Notes: generated from the letters alone by a model not told the origin. 34,735 bases of DNA from a virus (IMGVR_UViG_3300046786_000014:1-34735), one strand, 5' to 3'. Positions 17,578 to 24,485 are shown, counted from the first letter of the stretch. Numbers and translations are program-made.

Positions 17578-18177
17578 TTAAATTTCCTTTGCTTTCTTAA
17601 TTGCACTTCTAACTTTGCTTGGCAGTAGTCCCCATAAAGCAACCTTTTGGTCAGCTTCTAAGTTCTCTGCTTCCATTTTCTCAAGTCCTTGTTTTCCATC
17701 AAGGGTCATGAGTTCGATTGCCAATTCACGCAAGTATTCCATTTCCTCTGGTGGAAGTGAATCTGCAATGCCTTGTGTTGGCGTAATGATTACCTTTTCT
17801 TCTTTAAGTGGTGCAGATGAATCCAGAGCGTCATGCTCAACGATTTCCATTGCTGTAACCCATAAATAGCGTCTAGTGTAAGTCTCAACAGCACCAAGGT
17901 TCTGGATTGGATGGCAACCCTTTAAATTAGCATCTGCCATTGGTGAAGTGATGATGATGTTAGTGCCATCTTCTACATCTGTAATTGTCAGACTTGCAAT
18001 ATCTGAATCGTAGGAAACTACACCACACAATCCAACTTCAAAAAATATTTCATTGATAGTTGGAATGAAGTCACCAAGTTCAAAATATTGATAACCTGCA
18101 AACTTATTGTGACCAGACTTCTTGAGTTGTTTGTCTTGCAACATCAGTCTTGCCCGCATTAACTTTAAATGTACCAT
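17578..18177 (-). CDS. erf: ERF-family single-strand annealing protein
   Basis: KKSG.N.F..Y.YFEL.D and Q.LGAVETY.RRY....M.I...D motifs. Confidence 0.85.
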   Translation of the reverse strand: MVHLKLMRARLMLQDKQLKKSGHNKFAGYQYFELGDFIPTINEIFFEVGLCGVVSYDSDIASLTITDVEDGTNIIITSPMADANLKGCHPIQNLGAVETYTRRYLWVTAMEIVEHDALDSSAPLKEEKVIITPTQGIADSLPPEEMEYLRELAIELMTLDGKQGLEKMEAENLEADQKVALWGLLPSKVRSAIKKAKEI

Positions 18178-18178
18178 T

Positions 18179-18349
18179 TCATTCTTCCTTTAAATATTCT
18201 TTAATCATTTCTTCTTTGTCTTCATCGTAAAGGTCTTCAAACTCTACGAAGTGGTTTTCTGAACAGCAAGAACCATATGTCTTACGTTCAGTACAGTAAG
18301 CACAATACAAACTATGTGATAAGTCCTTGATTGCGTCTTCTCTGGTCAT
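18179..18349 (-). CDS. 56-aa putative Zn-binding acidic protein
   Basis: Not in ORF track. MTREDAIKDLSHSLYCAYCTERKTYGSCCSENHFVEFEDLYDEDKEEMIKEYLKEE; ATGA coupling. Confidence 0.7.
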   Translation of the reverse strand: MTREDAIKDLSHSLYCAYCTERKTYGSCCSENHFVEFEDLYDEDKEEMIKEYLKEE

Positions 18350-18504
18350 TGAATTCTGCCAATCTGTTTAGCAACTAGCCACTTGTCACCAAGTTTAAGA
18401 ACTGCTCTGACCCACTTGCGCTGGTTGTATTGGTTGACTTGTTGTGGCACTAGGTCATTGTTGTACAGTTGACGAGCCTTGCGTCTTAGTTGTTCTGTTT
18501 GCAT
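18346..18504 (-). CDS. 52-aa early hypothetical protein
   Basis: Likely start ATG 18504 (TAATG coupling, GAGG RBS); ..NQRKWVRAV..LGDKWL.A motif. Confidence 0.7.
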   Translation of the reverse strand: MQTEQLRRKARQLYNNDLVPQQVNQYNQRKWVRAVLKLGDKWLVAKQIGRIQ

Positions 18505-18593
18505 TAGCCTCTCCATGCCAACATCACACCGATACCGCCAAAGATGATGATTGCTAACAACCACTCTGCAAGTTTTTCGAACTTTTCTTTCAT
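18504..18593 (-). CDS. 29-aa single-TM peptide, first gene of leftward early operon
   Basis: Not in ORF track. AAGGAG RBS; MKEKFEKLAEWLLAIIIFGGIGVMLAWRG. Confidence 0.7.
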   Translation of the reverse strand: MKEKFEKLAEWLLAIIIFGGIGVMLAWRG

Positions 18594-18648
18594 TTGAAAC
18601 TCCTTAAAAAGACCCTCACGTTTTGTTTGGGCTGATGCAAGTATAGCA
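18594..18648 (-). promoter_or_regulatory. Leftward early promoter with conserved 40-nt leader
   Basis: Minus strand TG-c-TATACT (18648..18640), 6 nt, AGCCCAAACAAAACGTGAGGGTCTTTTTAAGGA...ATG. Confidence 0.7.
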
Positions 18649-18653
18649 AAGAA

Positions 18654-18708
18654 TCAACGAAATGTTGAAAATATTTTCACAATGTGTTGAAATTTTACAA
18701 AATGTTGT
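18654..18708. promoter_or_regulatory. Three 15-bp operator-like imperfect palindromes
   Basis: TCAACGAAATGTTGA 18654..18668, TTCACAATGTGTTGA 18676..18690, TTTACAAAATGTTGT 18694..18708; fourth copy TCAACAAAATGTTGA at 21959..21973. Confidence 0.7.
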
Positions 18709-18720
18709 TATGATGCAACT
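18687..18720 (+). promoter_or_regulatory. Rightward early promoter, leaderless start of cro-like gene
   Basis: TTGAAA-16-TATGAT with extended TG; ATG 6 nt after the -10, no SD. Confidence 0.7.
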
Positions 18721-18897
18721 ATGAACAAACTAACCGATAAAGAACTAATTGCCTTGCTTGGTGGGCCAACAGTTCTGTCTAAGCGATTAGGCTTCCCATC
18801 TAGCCAGCGAGTACATAACTGGATAACTAGAGGAATTCCTGCATCAATCAAATTGGCTTACCCAAAACTATTCCTGAACAAAAGGACTAAGAAGTGA
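18721..18897 (+). CDS. cro: Cro-like HTH repressor (58 aa)
   Basis: Not in ORF track. MNKLTDKELIALLGGPTVLSKRLGFPSSQRVHNWITRGIPASIKLAYPKLFLNKRTKK; first gene right of divergent control region. Confidence 0.8.
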   Translation: MNKLTDKELIALLGGPTVLSKRLGFPSSQRVHNWITRGIPASIKLAYPKLFLNKRTKK

Positions 18898-19202
18898 CAA
18901 AATTGTGTGCAGATTGCAATCAAGAAATTACTGGCAGAGAAAATAGTGCCAAGTTTTGTTGGCCTTGTTGTGCTTTAAGACCTAAAAAGAATGGTCAAGC
19001 ACAAGCTGCAATTGCAGTTAATAAGGCCGTAAGAAATGGTATTCTTCCGCCTGTAGCTACGTTAATTTGTGTAGATTGTGGCAAACCTGCACAATGTTAT
19101 GAACATAGAGACTATAACAAACCATTAGAAGTTGAGCCTACCTGCAAGGGTTGTAATATCCGCAGAGGGCCAGCTATTCCATTAACAAAAGAAACAATAT
19201 GA
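18894..19202 (+). CDS. Zn-finger / HNH-like protein
   Basis: Four CxxC pairs; AV..G.L....C..CG......H.DY.KPLEV...C..C motif. Confidence 0.65.
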   Translation: MTKLCADCNQEITGRENSAKFCWPCCALRPKKNGQAQAAIAVNKAVRNGILPPVATLICVDCGKPAQCYEHRDYNKPLEVEPTCKGCNIRRGPAIPLTKETI

Positions 19203-19570
19203 CACAAGAACTAGTAATCAAAGCCCTGCAAAATGGCCCATTGACTTCACACGAAGTTGCTAATCTAACTGGTATGCCACAAGCTACAGTCCTGTCAACA
19301 GCTAAGAAACTGCGTAGCCAAGGCAAGCTGACTACAAAGATTGTCAAAGTTGGACGCTATAACGTAGCAGAGTACACATTGCACGATGATTTGATTGAGA
19401 ATAAGCCTGTACTGCCAGACGAAGAAACTCGTTGCAAGCTGAATCCTTTTGACCTGCGAAACGCTAAAGGCATCTTTACGAAATCTGAATATGCTGTGAT
19501 GAAACAACAGGCAACTCGATTGTTTGGAAAAGATTTGTCAAAAGGTATTTCTAACCATCAAAGTATTTGA
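19199..19570 (+). CDS. Winged-HTH DNA-binding protein
   Basis: L..GPLTS.EVA..TGM..ATV......L...G.L pattern. Confidence 0.65.
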   Translation: MTQELVIKALQNGPLTSHEVANLTGMPQATVLSTAKKLRSQGKLTTKIVKVGRYNVAEYTLHDDLIENKPVLPDEETRCKLNPFDLRNAKGIFTKSEYAVMKQQATRLFGKDLSKGISNHQSI

Positions 19571-19675
19571 TATAATGTTTTGAAACACGGCTAGGTACGA
19601 AGTCATGAGCGTACTGAAAAGAGAACACCCCCCTCCTGCCGATTGTTTCTTTTGTGGGGGTACTTGGGGCGTGTT
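19568..19675 (+). ncRNA. Promoter plus structured 5' leader of replication initiator
   Basis: TG-a-TATAAT 19568..19576; three-way junction GAAACACGGCtAG/CTGCCGatTGTTTC, GTACG/CGTAC, GAG/CTC with C-rich loop. Confidence 0.6.
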
Positions 19676-20437
19676 ATGCACTACTATCAATTTAATATTG
19701 GTGACTATCAAAGTCACACTTCTCATCTTTCTGAGATTGAGGATTTAGTCTACAGGCGTATGCTTGATTGGTACTATCTCCATGAGTGTCCTATTCCACT
19801 CGATGAAGCTGAAATATCCAGACAAATTAGGATGCGTTCGCATACCGAAAGCATTGCAATCGTATTGCGAGAGTATTTCGAACGCACAGAAGATGGATGG
19901 ATTCATCATAGGGCTAATAAGGAAATAGCCAAGGCTGATGATAAATCTGTCAAGGCTAGTGCTTCTGCTAAAGCTAGATGGAGTAAGAAAGATGCGAACG
20001 CATTGCCAACGCTATCCGATAGCAATGCTACACATAACACATTACCCATTACACAAGACACAGAACACAAGACACAAAAGAAGATACTCGGCAAACGCCT
20101 CGCTAATGATTTTTCTTTTCCATTGGAATGGGAACAGTTTTGCAAAGAGACAAGACCAGAGCTTCACCCAACAAGAACTTTTGACCAGTTCAAGGACTAC
20201 TGGATAGCCCAAGCAGGTCAGAAAGGTGTAAAGCTGGATTGGTTTGCTACATGGCGTAATTGGGTTAGAAGCACAAACGCACCTAAACAAAACCCTGCCG
20301 ACATTGTGAGGCTCACAGTTCCATCCAAAAATGAGCCTGACCCTGCTTTGGAAAAGATTAAGGCAGATGAAAAAGTAACTCGGCCTCCAAGCCTTGCTGA
20401 ACTTGCTCGAATGGCAGAGTTAAGGAGAAAAGCATGA
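19676..20437 (+). CDS. Replication initiator (DUF1376/YdaU N-terminus, DnaT-like C-terminal domain)
   Basis: Likely start ATG 19676: MHYYQFNIGDY...HLS..E...YRR.LD.YY..E; F.DYW......K.DW.ATWRNW.R C-terminal motif. Confidence 0.8.
   Translation: MHYYQFNIGDYQSHTSHLSEIEDLVYRRMLDWYYLHECPIPLDEAEISRQIRMRSHTESIAIVLREYFERTEDGWIHHRANKEIAKADDKSVKASASAKARWSKKDANALPTLSDSNATHNTLPITQDTEHKTQKKILGKRLANDFSFPLEWEQFCKETRPELHPTRTFDQFKDYWIAQAGQKGVKLDWFATWRNWVRSTNAPKQNPADIVRLTVPSKNEPDPALEKIKADEKVTRPPSLAELARMAELRRKA
19831..20078. repeat. Putative replication origin: 11-bp iteron clusters and 7x7-bp tandem repeat inside initiator gene
   Basis: 11-bp period units at 19831..19874 and 19991..20034; ACACATA ACACATT ACCCATT ACACAAG ACACAGA ACACAAG ACACAAA at 20030..20078. 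Confidence 0.6.
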
Positions 20438-21048
20438 AGGTCATCCCAATAAACAGTTTTGAGGTTGAGCCTTGGTTATTGGAAAAGCATTATGCCAAGC
20501 GGATGTGTCCAATATCTTATGCTTTTGGTCTTTATGTTGATGAACATTTAGTTGGTGTTGTGACATATGGAGTGCCAGCAAGCCCAAACCTTTGCATGGG
20601 CATTTGTGGAATTGACCACAAAGATAAAGTTTTAGAACTTAATCGTCTTTGTTTAAATGATGGCGTTAAAAATGGCGCATCTTTTTTGGTCAGCAAAAGT
20701 CTACAAATGTTGCCAAGACCAATGATTGTGGTGTCTTACGCTGATACAGCTATGGGCCATGTTGGGTACATTTACCAAGCAAGTAACTTTCTGTTTACTG
20801 GCACAACAAAAGAACGCACCGATATGGCTGGCGAAGATGGAAAACATAGTAGGCATAGTTTTGGTATTTCTGAAATCAGAATTAACAGAAGTGCCAAGCA
20901 TCGATATGTTTATTTTGTTGGTAGCAAAGCTCAAAAAAAAAGTTTGCTTAAACAATTGAACTATGAAGTATTGCCATACCCCAAAGGCGATACACAACGC
21001 TATGACGCTGGAACAACTGTAAAAACTCAACAACTTTTATTTGTATGA
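20434..21048 (+). CDS. Mom-like (GNAT-fold) adenine-modifying enzyme
   Basis: HY, GV.TYG.P, LELNRL, S......L, VSYAD...H.G.IYQASNF..TG motifs characteristic of the Mu Mom family. Confidence 0.75.
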   Translation: MKVIPINSFEVEPWLLEKHYAKRMCPISYAFGLYVDEHLVGVVTYGVPASPNLCMGICGIDHKDKVLELNRLCLNDGVKNGASFLVSKSLQMLPRPMIVVSYADTAMGHVGYIYQASNFLFTGTTKERTDMAGEDGKHSRHSFGISEIRINRSAKHRYVYFVGSKAQKKSLLKQLNYEVLPYPKGDTQRYDAGTTVKTQQLLFV

Positions 21049-21155
21049 CCCACAAAGACGCAATGAGAATCTTGGATAAGGTGCGGGATGGTGTGCCTTA
21101 TCCTGACAAAATAATACGAATGGCTTTGGAGCTTACTGGTGACTTACAGCCGTAG
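21045..21155 (+). CDS. 36-aa hypothetical protein
   Basis: Not in ORF track. ATGA coupling; MTHKDAMRILDKVRDGVPYPDKIIRMALELTGDLQP. Confidence 0.6.
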   Translation: MTHKDAMRILDKVRDGVPYPDKIIRMALELTGDLQP

Positions 21156-21351
21156 AAATATTCAAGGACCTAGCGACCGAGTTACTCTGGAAAAAGCAGA
21201 GGCTCGGGAGCTGTTTCGCAATTGGGAATGGTCTAAAAATCGTGAGCTAATCCGTGCCAGATTGGAGCGAGCAGAACGAATCTATGGCTCTGGTGCTAGA
21301 GACAGAATTCGTGCGTACATGGCACAAATGCGAGAAGGAACACTTGAATGA
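21139..21351 (+). CDS. Hypothetical protein
   Basis: 70 aa, GTG start with GGAG RBS. Confidence 0.6.
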   Translation: MTYSRRNIQGPSDRVTLEKAEARELFRNWEWSKNRELIRARLERAERIYGSGARDRIRAYMAQMREGTLE

Positions 21352-21614
21352 GATACGCAGCTAGAGTGGATGCAAATCAAGAGCAGATAGTTTCAGCATT
21401 ACGAGCAGCAGGTGCTTATGTTTGGATTATTGGTCTGCCAGTTGACCTTTTGGTTGGCTACAAGGGTCACACATTTCTGGTGGAGATTAAAACAGACTCT
21501 AAAAAGCGTTTAACGAAGCTACAAGCCGACTTTTTCGAGAATTGGTCTGGAAGTACCTTGGCAAGAATTGATAGCCCAGAAGCGGCTCTACGAATGATTG
21601 GAGTTGTGAAATGA
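21348..21614 (+). CDS. VRR-NUC-like PD-(D/E)xK nuclease
   Basis: R.D.NQ..IV..LR..G, P.DLLVG......VEIK.....LT..Q..F...W motifs. Confidence 0.8.
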   Translation: MRYAARVDANQEQIVSALRAAGAYVWIIGLPVDLLVGYKGHTFLVEIKTDSKKRLTKLQADFFENWSGSTLARIDSPEAALRMIGVVK

Positions 21615-21943
21615 AAGCACCTTACCGAGCAATTGAGTACATCATTGAAAATTCATGCAAATATGCGGAAGCTAAAGCACAAAGAATCTACCTTGAGGAG
21701 TTCCGCAAAACAAAGAAGGCTCTGCTGATGAAAGATGCAATGGCTAGAGGGATAGATTCTGCTGTTGCTCAAGAGCGTGAAGCCTATGCTCACTACGAAT
21801 ATGCAGACCTACTCAAAGGTTTGATGGTTGCTATTGAGAAAGAAGAAACTTTGAAGTGGATGCTTGTTGCTGCCCAAATGAAAGCTGACATTTGGAGAAG
21901 TGAGCAAGCAAGTGAGCGTCTTGGCGTAAAAACAACAGAATAA
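21611..21943 (+). CDS. Conserved helical phage protein
   Basis: 110 aa; QEREAYA..EY and WRS.QAS.R motifs. Confidence 0.65.
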   Translation: MKAPYRAIEYIIENSCKYAEAKAQRIYLEEFRKTKKALLMKDAMARGIDSAVAQEREAYAHYEYADLLKGLMVAIEKEETLKWMLVAAQMKADIWRSEQASERLGVKTTE

Positions 21944-21949
21944 AAATAT

Positions 21950-22025
21950 TTGTAAAAATCAACAAAATGTTGATACAATGCACTTAGCCCAAGCAATTCG
22001 CAAGGGTACTTTTAAGGACTAAGAA
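21950..22025 (+). promoter_or_regulatory. Internal early promoter with operator and conserved 40-nt leader
   Basis: TTGTAA-18-TACAAT with extended TG; operator 21959..21973 in spacer; leader AGCCCAAGCAATTCGCAAGGGTACTTTTAAGGA...ATG. Confidence 0.75.
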
Positions 22026-22283
22026 ATGAAATACGAATTTGACACAACTGCTGGTGAAGGCTCTGAGATTGTTACTGTTGTCATGGAATATGAGACAGAT
22101 GAAGATGGTATCTGTGATGACAACATTATTGAGGTCTGGTTTGAAGGCCGTAATGTTATGGGTCTATTCTCTGATGCTCAGTTTAAAGAACTTGAGATTG
22201 AAGGCTCTATGCGGTTGCAGAAGCACATCAAAGATGAAGAAGACCATGCTTTAACTGTTGACTACGATATGAGAGAAATATGA
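22026..22283 (+). CDS. Acidic early hypothetical protein
   Basis: 85 aa, very Asp/Glu rich, AAGGA RBS. Confidence 0.7.
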   Translation: MKYEFDTTAGEGSEIVTVVMEYETDEDGICDDNIIEVWFEGRNVMGLFSDAQFKELEIEGSMRLQKHIKDEEDHALTVDYDMREI

Positions 22284-22573
22284 ACATCACTATCTACACA
22301 AAATCTGGCTGCCCTAATTGCGTGACAGCCAAGAATCTACTTGATACTTTAAAACTTGAGTACAAAGAGATTGACATTGAGACTGGTGATAGGTTTGCTA
22401 ACTTTGTAGCGCACTATCCAGATGCTCGTCAGATGCCACAGATATTCATTGGTGACCAACGAGTAGGTGGTTTAGCTGGTCTGCAAGAAGCACTAAGACT
22501 GATGAGAAAAACTTGTCCTCCATGTAATAACAATTGCAATGAAGGAAGAAACTGTCCAGCGAGGAGATTATGA
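22280..22573 (+). CDS. Glutaredoxin with Cys-rich C-terminal extension
   Basis: IYTK.GCPNC, MPQIFI....VGG motifs; tail CPPCNNNCNEGRNCPAR. Confidence 0.85.
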   Translation: MNITIYTKSGCPNCVTAKNLLDTLKLEYKEIDIETGDRFANFVAHYPDARQMPQIFIGDQRVGGLAGLQEALRLMRKTCPPCNNNCNEGRNCPARRL

Positions 22574-22887
22574 AAGACGAAGCATTACGCCTTGCATTGG
22601 AGGCGTTGGAAAGCAACCGCAGGACGCATCATTACTGCGAGGACACATGGTACTCATGCCCTAAGCATGAAGATGGATGCGCCAATGATTCTGAGGGTGA
22701 CGAGTGCAACTGTGGGGCTGATAAAGCCAATGCTGGAATTGACAAAGCCATCACCGCCATTAAAGCCGCACTAGAAGCGAAGGATGAAACTGATCCAAAG
22801 CGTTTGAATAAATTGCCGCCAAACGATACATGTGAAGGAAATGAAGCGGCTCGAAACAAAGTGCGTGAATTTATGAGGAATCACTAA
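22570..22887 (+). CDS. Modular cassette protein 1
   Basis: KDEALRLALEALE + Cys-rich insert + KAITAIKAALEAKDE + variable tail; GAGGAG RBS. Confidence 0.75.
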   Translation: MKDEALRLALEALESNRRTHHYCEDTWYSCPKHEDGCANDSEGDECNCGADKANAGIDKAITAIKAALEAKDETDPKRLNKLPPNDTCEGNEAARNKVREFMRNH

Positions 22888-23071
22888 TGACCAAAGACGA
22901 AGCATTACGCCTTGCATTGGAGGCGTTGGAAAACATAACTAGCGTTTCAATTTGTGAAGCAACACATCACGCAAAAAAAGACAGGCATCTTCTTTGTGAA
23001 GAGTGTCCGAATGAAGTGAGGCATTTAAAAGCCATCACCGCCATTAAAGCCGCACTAGAAGCGAAGGATGA
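22573..23071 (+). repeat. Paired perfect direct repeats A (40 bp) and B (44 bp)
   Basis: A: 22573..22612 = 22893..22932; B: 22744..22787 = 23028..23071; partial third B end at 23216..23234 (18/19 to 23057..23075). Confidence 0.9.
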
Positions 23072-23453
23072 GCCTGTGGCGTTAGCGTGGGCTGAAGGTT
23101 ATCGAATGGGTATCTCTGACGAGCGTACTAGTGAAGCAAACATCGGTATCGCAGGGTTTAACGCAAAGGTAGAGCCAGCCCGCAAAAATCCGTATGCCAC
23201 AACCCCACCACAACAAGAAGCAAAGGATGAGCCTTGGGAACAGCTTTATCCTGAGATGGGAAAACCTTACGCTTTTGAAGCATCAATGTATCCCAGAGTG
23301 ATAATTGACCCTGTAACTGGAAATGTAAGCATTGGCACACCACAGCGCACATGGGTGGGGCTGACAAATCAAGAGTTAGCAGATTGTTGGGACACCATTC
23401 CAGAACGAGCAATGAGGCAAGTTGAAGCAAAACTCAAGGAGAAGAACACATGA
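22887..23453 (+). CDS. Modular cassette protein 2
   Basis: Same two frames around a different Cys/His insert, then EPVA, TTPPQ, RTWVGLT, EAKLKEKNT modules. Confidence 0.75.
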   Translation: MTKDEALRLALEALENITSVSICEATHHAKKDRHLLCEECPNEVRHLKAITAIKAALEAKDEPVALAWAEGYRMGISDERTSEANIGIAGFNAKVEPARKNPYATTPPQQEAKDEPWEQLYPEMGKPYAFEASMYPRVIIDPVTGNVSIGTPQRTWVGLTNQELADCWDTIPERAMRQVEAKLKEKNT

Positions 23454-23635
23454 GAGTCCGAATTAAAAAAGAGGCTTATGACGCTTGGAGTGTTGAGAGC
23501 AAAAGATGGTATCAACTTAGCTGGCAATATGAGAAATGTATGCTTGGCGACAATGCAGAAAAACGAGCATTGGAATACGCCAGAAACTTACTCAATCCAG
23601 TAATCATTGAACTTACAAAGGAACATCATGGGTAA
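23450..23635 (+). CDS. Hypothetical protein
   Basis: 61 aa, ATGA coupling, AGGAG RBS. Confidence 0.6.
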   Translation: MRVRIKKEAYDAWSVESKRWYQLSWQYEKCMLGDNAEKRALEYARNLLNPVIIELTKEHHG

Positions 23636-23825
23636 AGGCTCAACACCAAGGAAGTTTTCAGTAAGCAACGAAGAATACACAAGCAGATGGGATGCCATCT
23701 TTGGAAAAGACAATGAGAAAAAAGACAAGACGCAAGCATTGGAATCTGATAGACGCAGTAAGTCATGCGATAGTGGGAGCAGCGATAACTCAGAGAGAGA
23801 AGTTGGACAAATTAAGACTTCTTGA
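23628..23825 (+). CDS. Small conserved phage protein
   Basis: Start ATG 23628 (AAGGA RBS): MGKGSTPR...EY..RWD.IFGK. Confidence 0.55.
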   Translation: MGKGSTPRKFSVSNEEYTSRWDAIFGKDNEKKDKTQALESDRRSKSCDSGSSDNSEREVGQIKTS

Positions 23826-24171
23826 GTATTCCGCACTTGACGCTATCACTAAGGGTAGTGGAACAGTACAAGACTGGCGTACTCTTGTCGATGTACTTAA
23901 TTTAGCTGAGACCATGGCTCGTGGTGGTATTGGAGTAGAAGTTTTGCCAGTCTGCGAGAAAGCACAGGAAAGCCTACATAAAGCTGCTGTGCGCTATCAA
24001 GAGACTATGCGTATGGGTTTAGATGGAGAAGGCATAAAAGCCATAAGAGACTTGATTGAATATGCTGATTTACAGCAGTCCAGTATCTCAAGAAGTGAGT
24101 TTGAGAGATACATTCAGAAAACAAAAGACTACATTCGTTCACATGGAGATAAGGTGGTAGAGATTGAATAA
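23713..24171 (+). CDS. Conserved hypothetical protein
   Basis: Likely start ATG 23713, basic N-terminus MRKKTRRKHW; helical 152 aa. Confidence 0.65.
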   Translation: MRKKTRRKHWNLIDAVSHAIVGAAITQREKLDKLRLLEYSALDAITKGSGTVQDWRTLVDVLNLAETMARGGIGVEVLPVCEKAQESLHKAAVRYQETMRMGLDGEGIKAIRDLIEYADLQQSSISRSEFERYIQKTKDYIRSHGDKVVEIE

Positions 24172-24421
24172 CAGTTTTACAAAGCGTGAAAGACTGCACT
24201 TAGCAAGGATTAAAGAGATGCCTTGTGGCGTATGTGGTCAGTCTGGGCCAAGTGATTGCCATCACATTAAGCAGCATCACCAGTATCTTTGTATTCCGCT
24301 TTGTAGAGACTGTCACCAAGGGCCACACAACGGAATTCATGGACAAGCAAGAATCTGGTCAGTTATGAAGCATGATGAAATGTCAGTTTTAAACGAAACA
24401 CTTGCAAAATTACTTGGATAA
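24164..24421 (+). CDS. Ref/DUF968-like HNH-fold Zn nuclease
   Basis: PC.VCG.....HH.........IPLC..CH....GIH motif. Confidence 0.7.
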   Translation: MNNSFTKRERLHLARIKEMPCGVCGQSGPSDCHHIKQHHQYLCIPLCRDCHQGPHNGIHGQARIWSVMKHDEMSVLNETLAKLLG

Positions 24422-24459
24422 AGCACAATGGTGCAAACTCAGTTGCCATTGAGTTCCTT

Positions 24460-24485
24460 AGAGGGATTGAGTTCCCTCTTTTTTT
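24460..24485 (+). terminator. Rho-independent terminator ending early/middle region
   Basis: AGAGGGA-ttgagt-TCCCTCT followed by T run. Confidence 0.85.

Noticed and set aside
16553-17869. Plus-strand ORFs 16553, 16891, 17158, 17615
   Set aside because: Shadows of the minus-strand MazG, nuclease-like and ERF genes.
18346-18564. 72-aa version of this ORF
   Set aside because: Upstream part overlaps the better-supported 29-aa TM gene; ATG 18504 has coupling and SD.
19582-19649. Hammerhead ribozyme or tRNA
   Set aside because: Has CTGAAAA rather than CUGANGA and lacks correctly placed GAAA/UH core; no cloverleaf or T-loop.
22573-23071. CRISPR array or diversity-generating retroelement
   Set aside because: Two alternating in-frame coding repeats with 95-131 bp inserts, no cas or reverse transcriptase gene, no adenine-specific mismatches.
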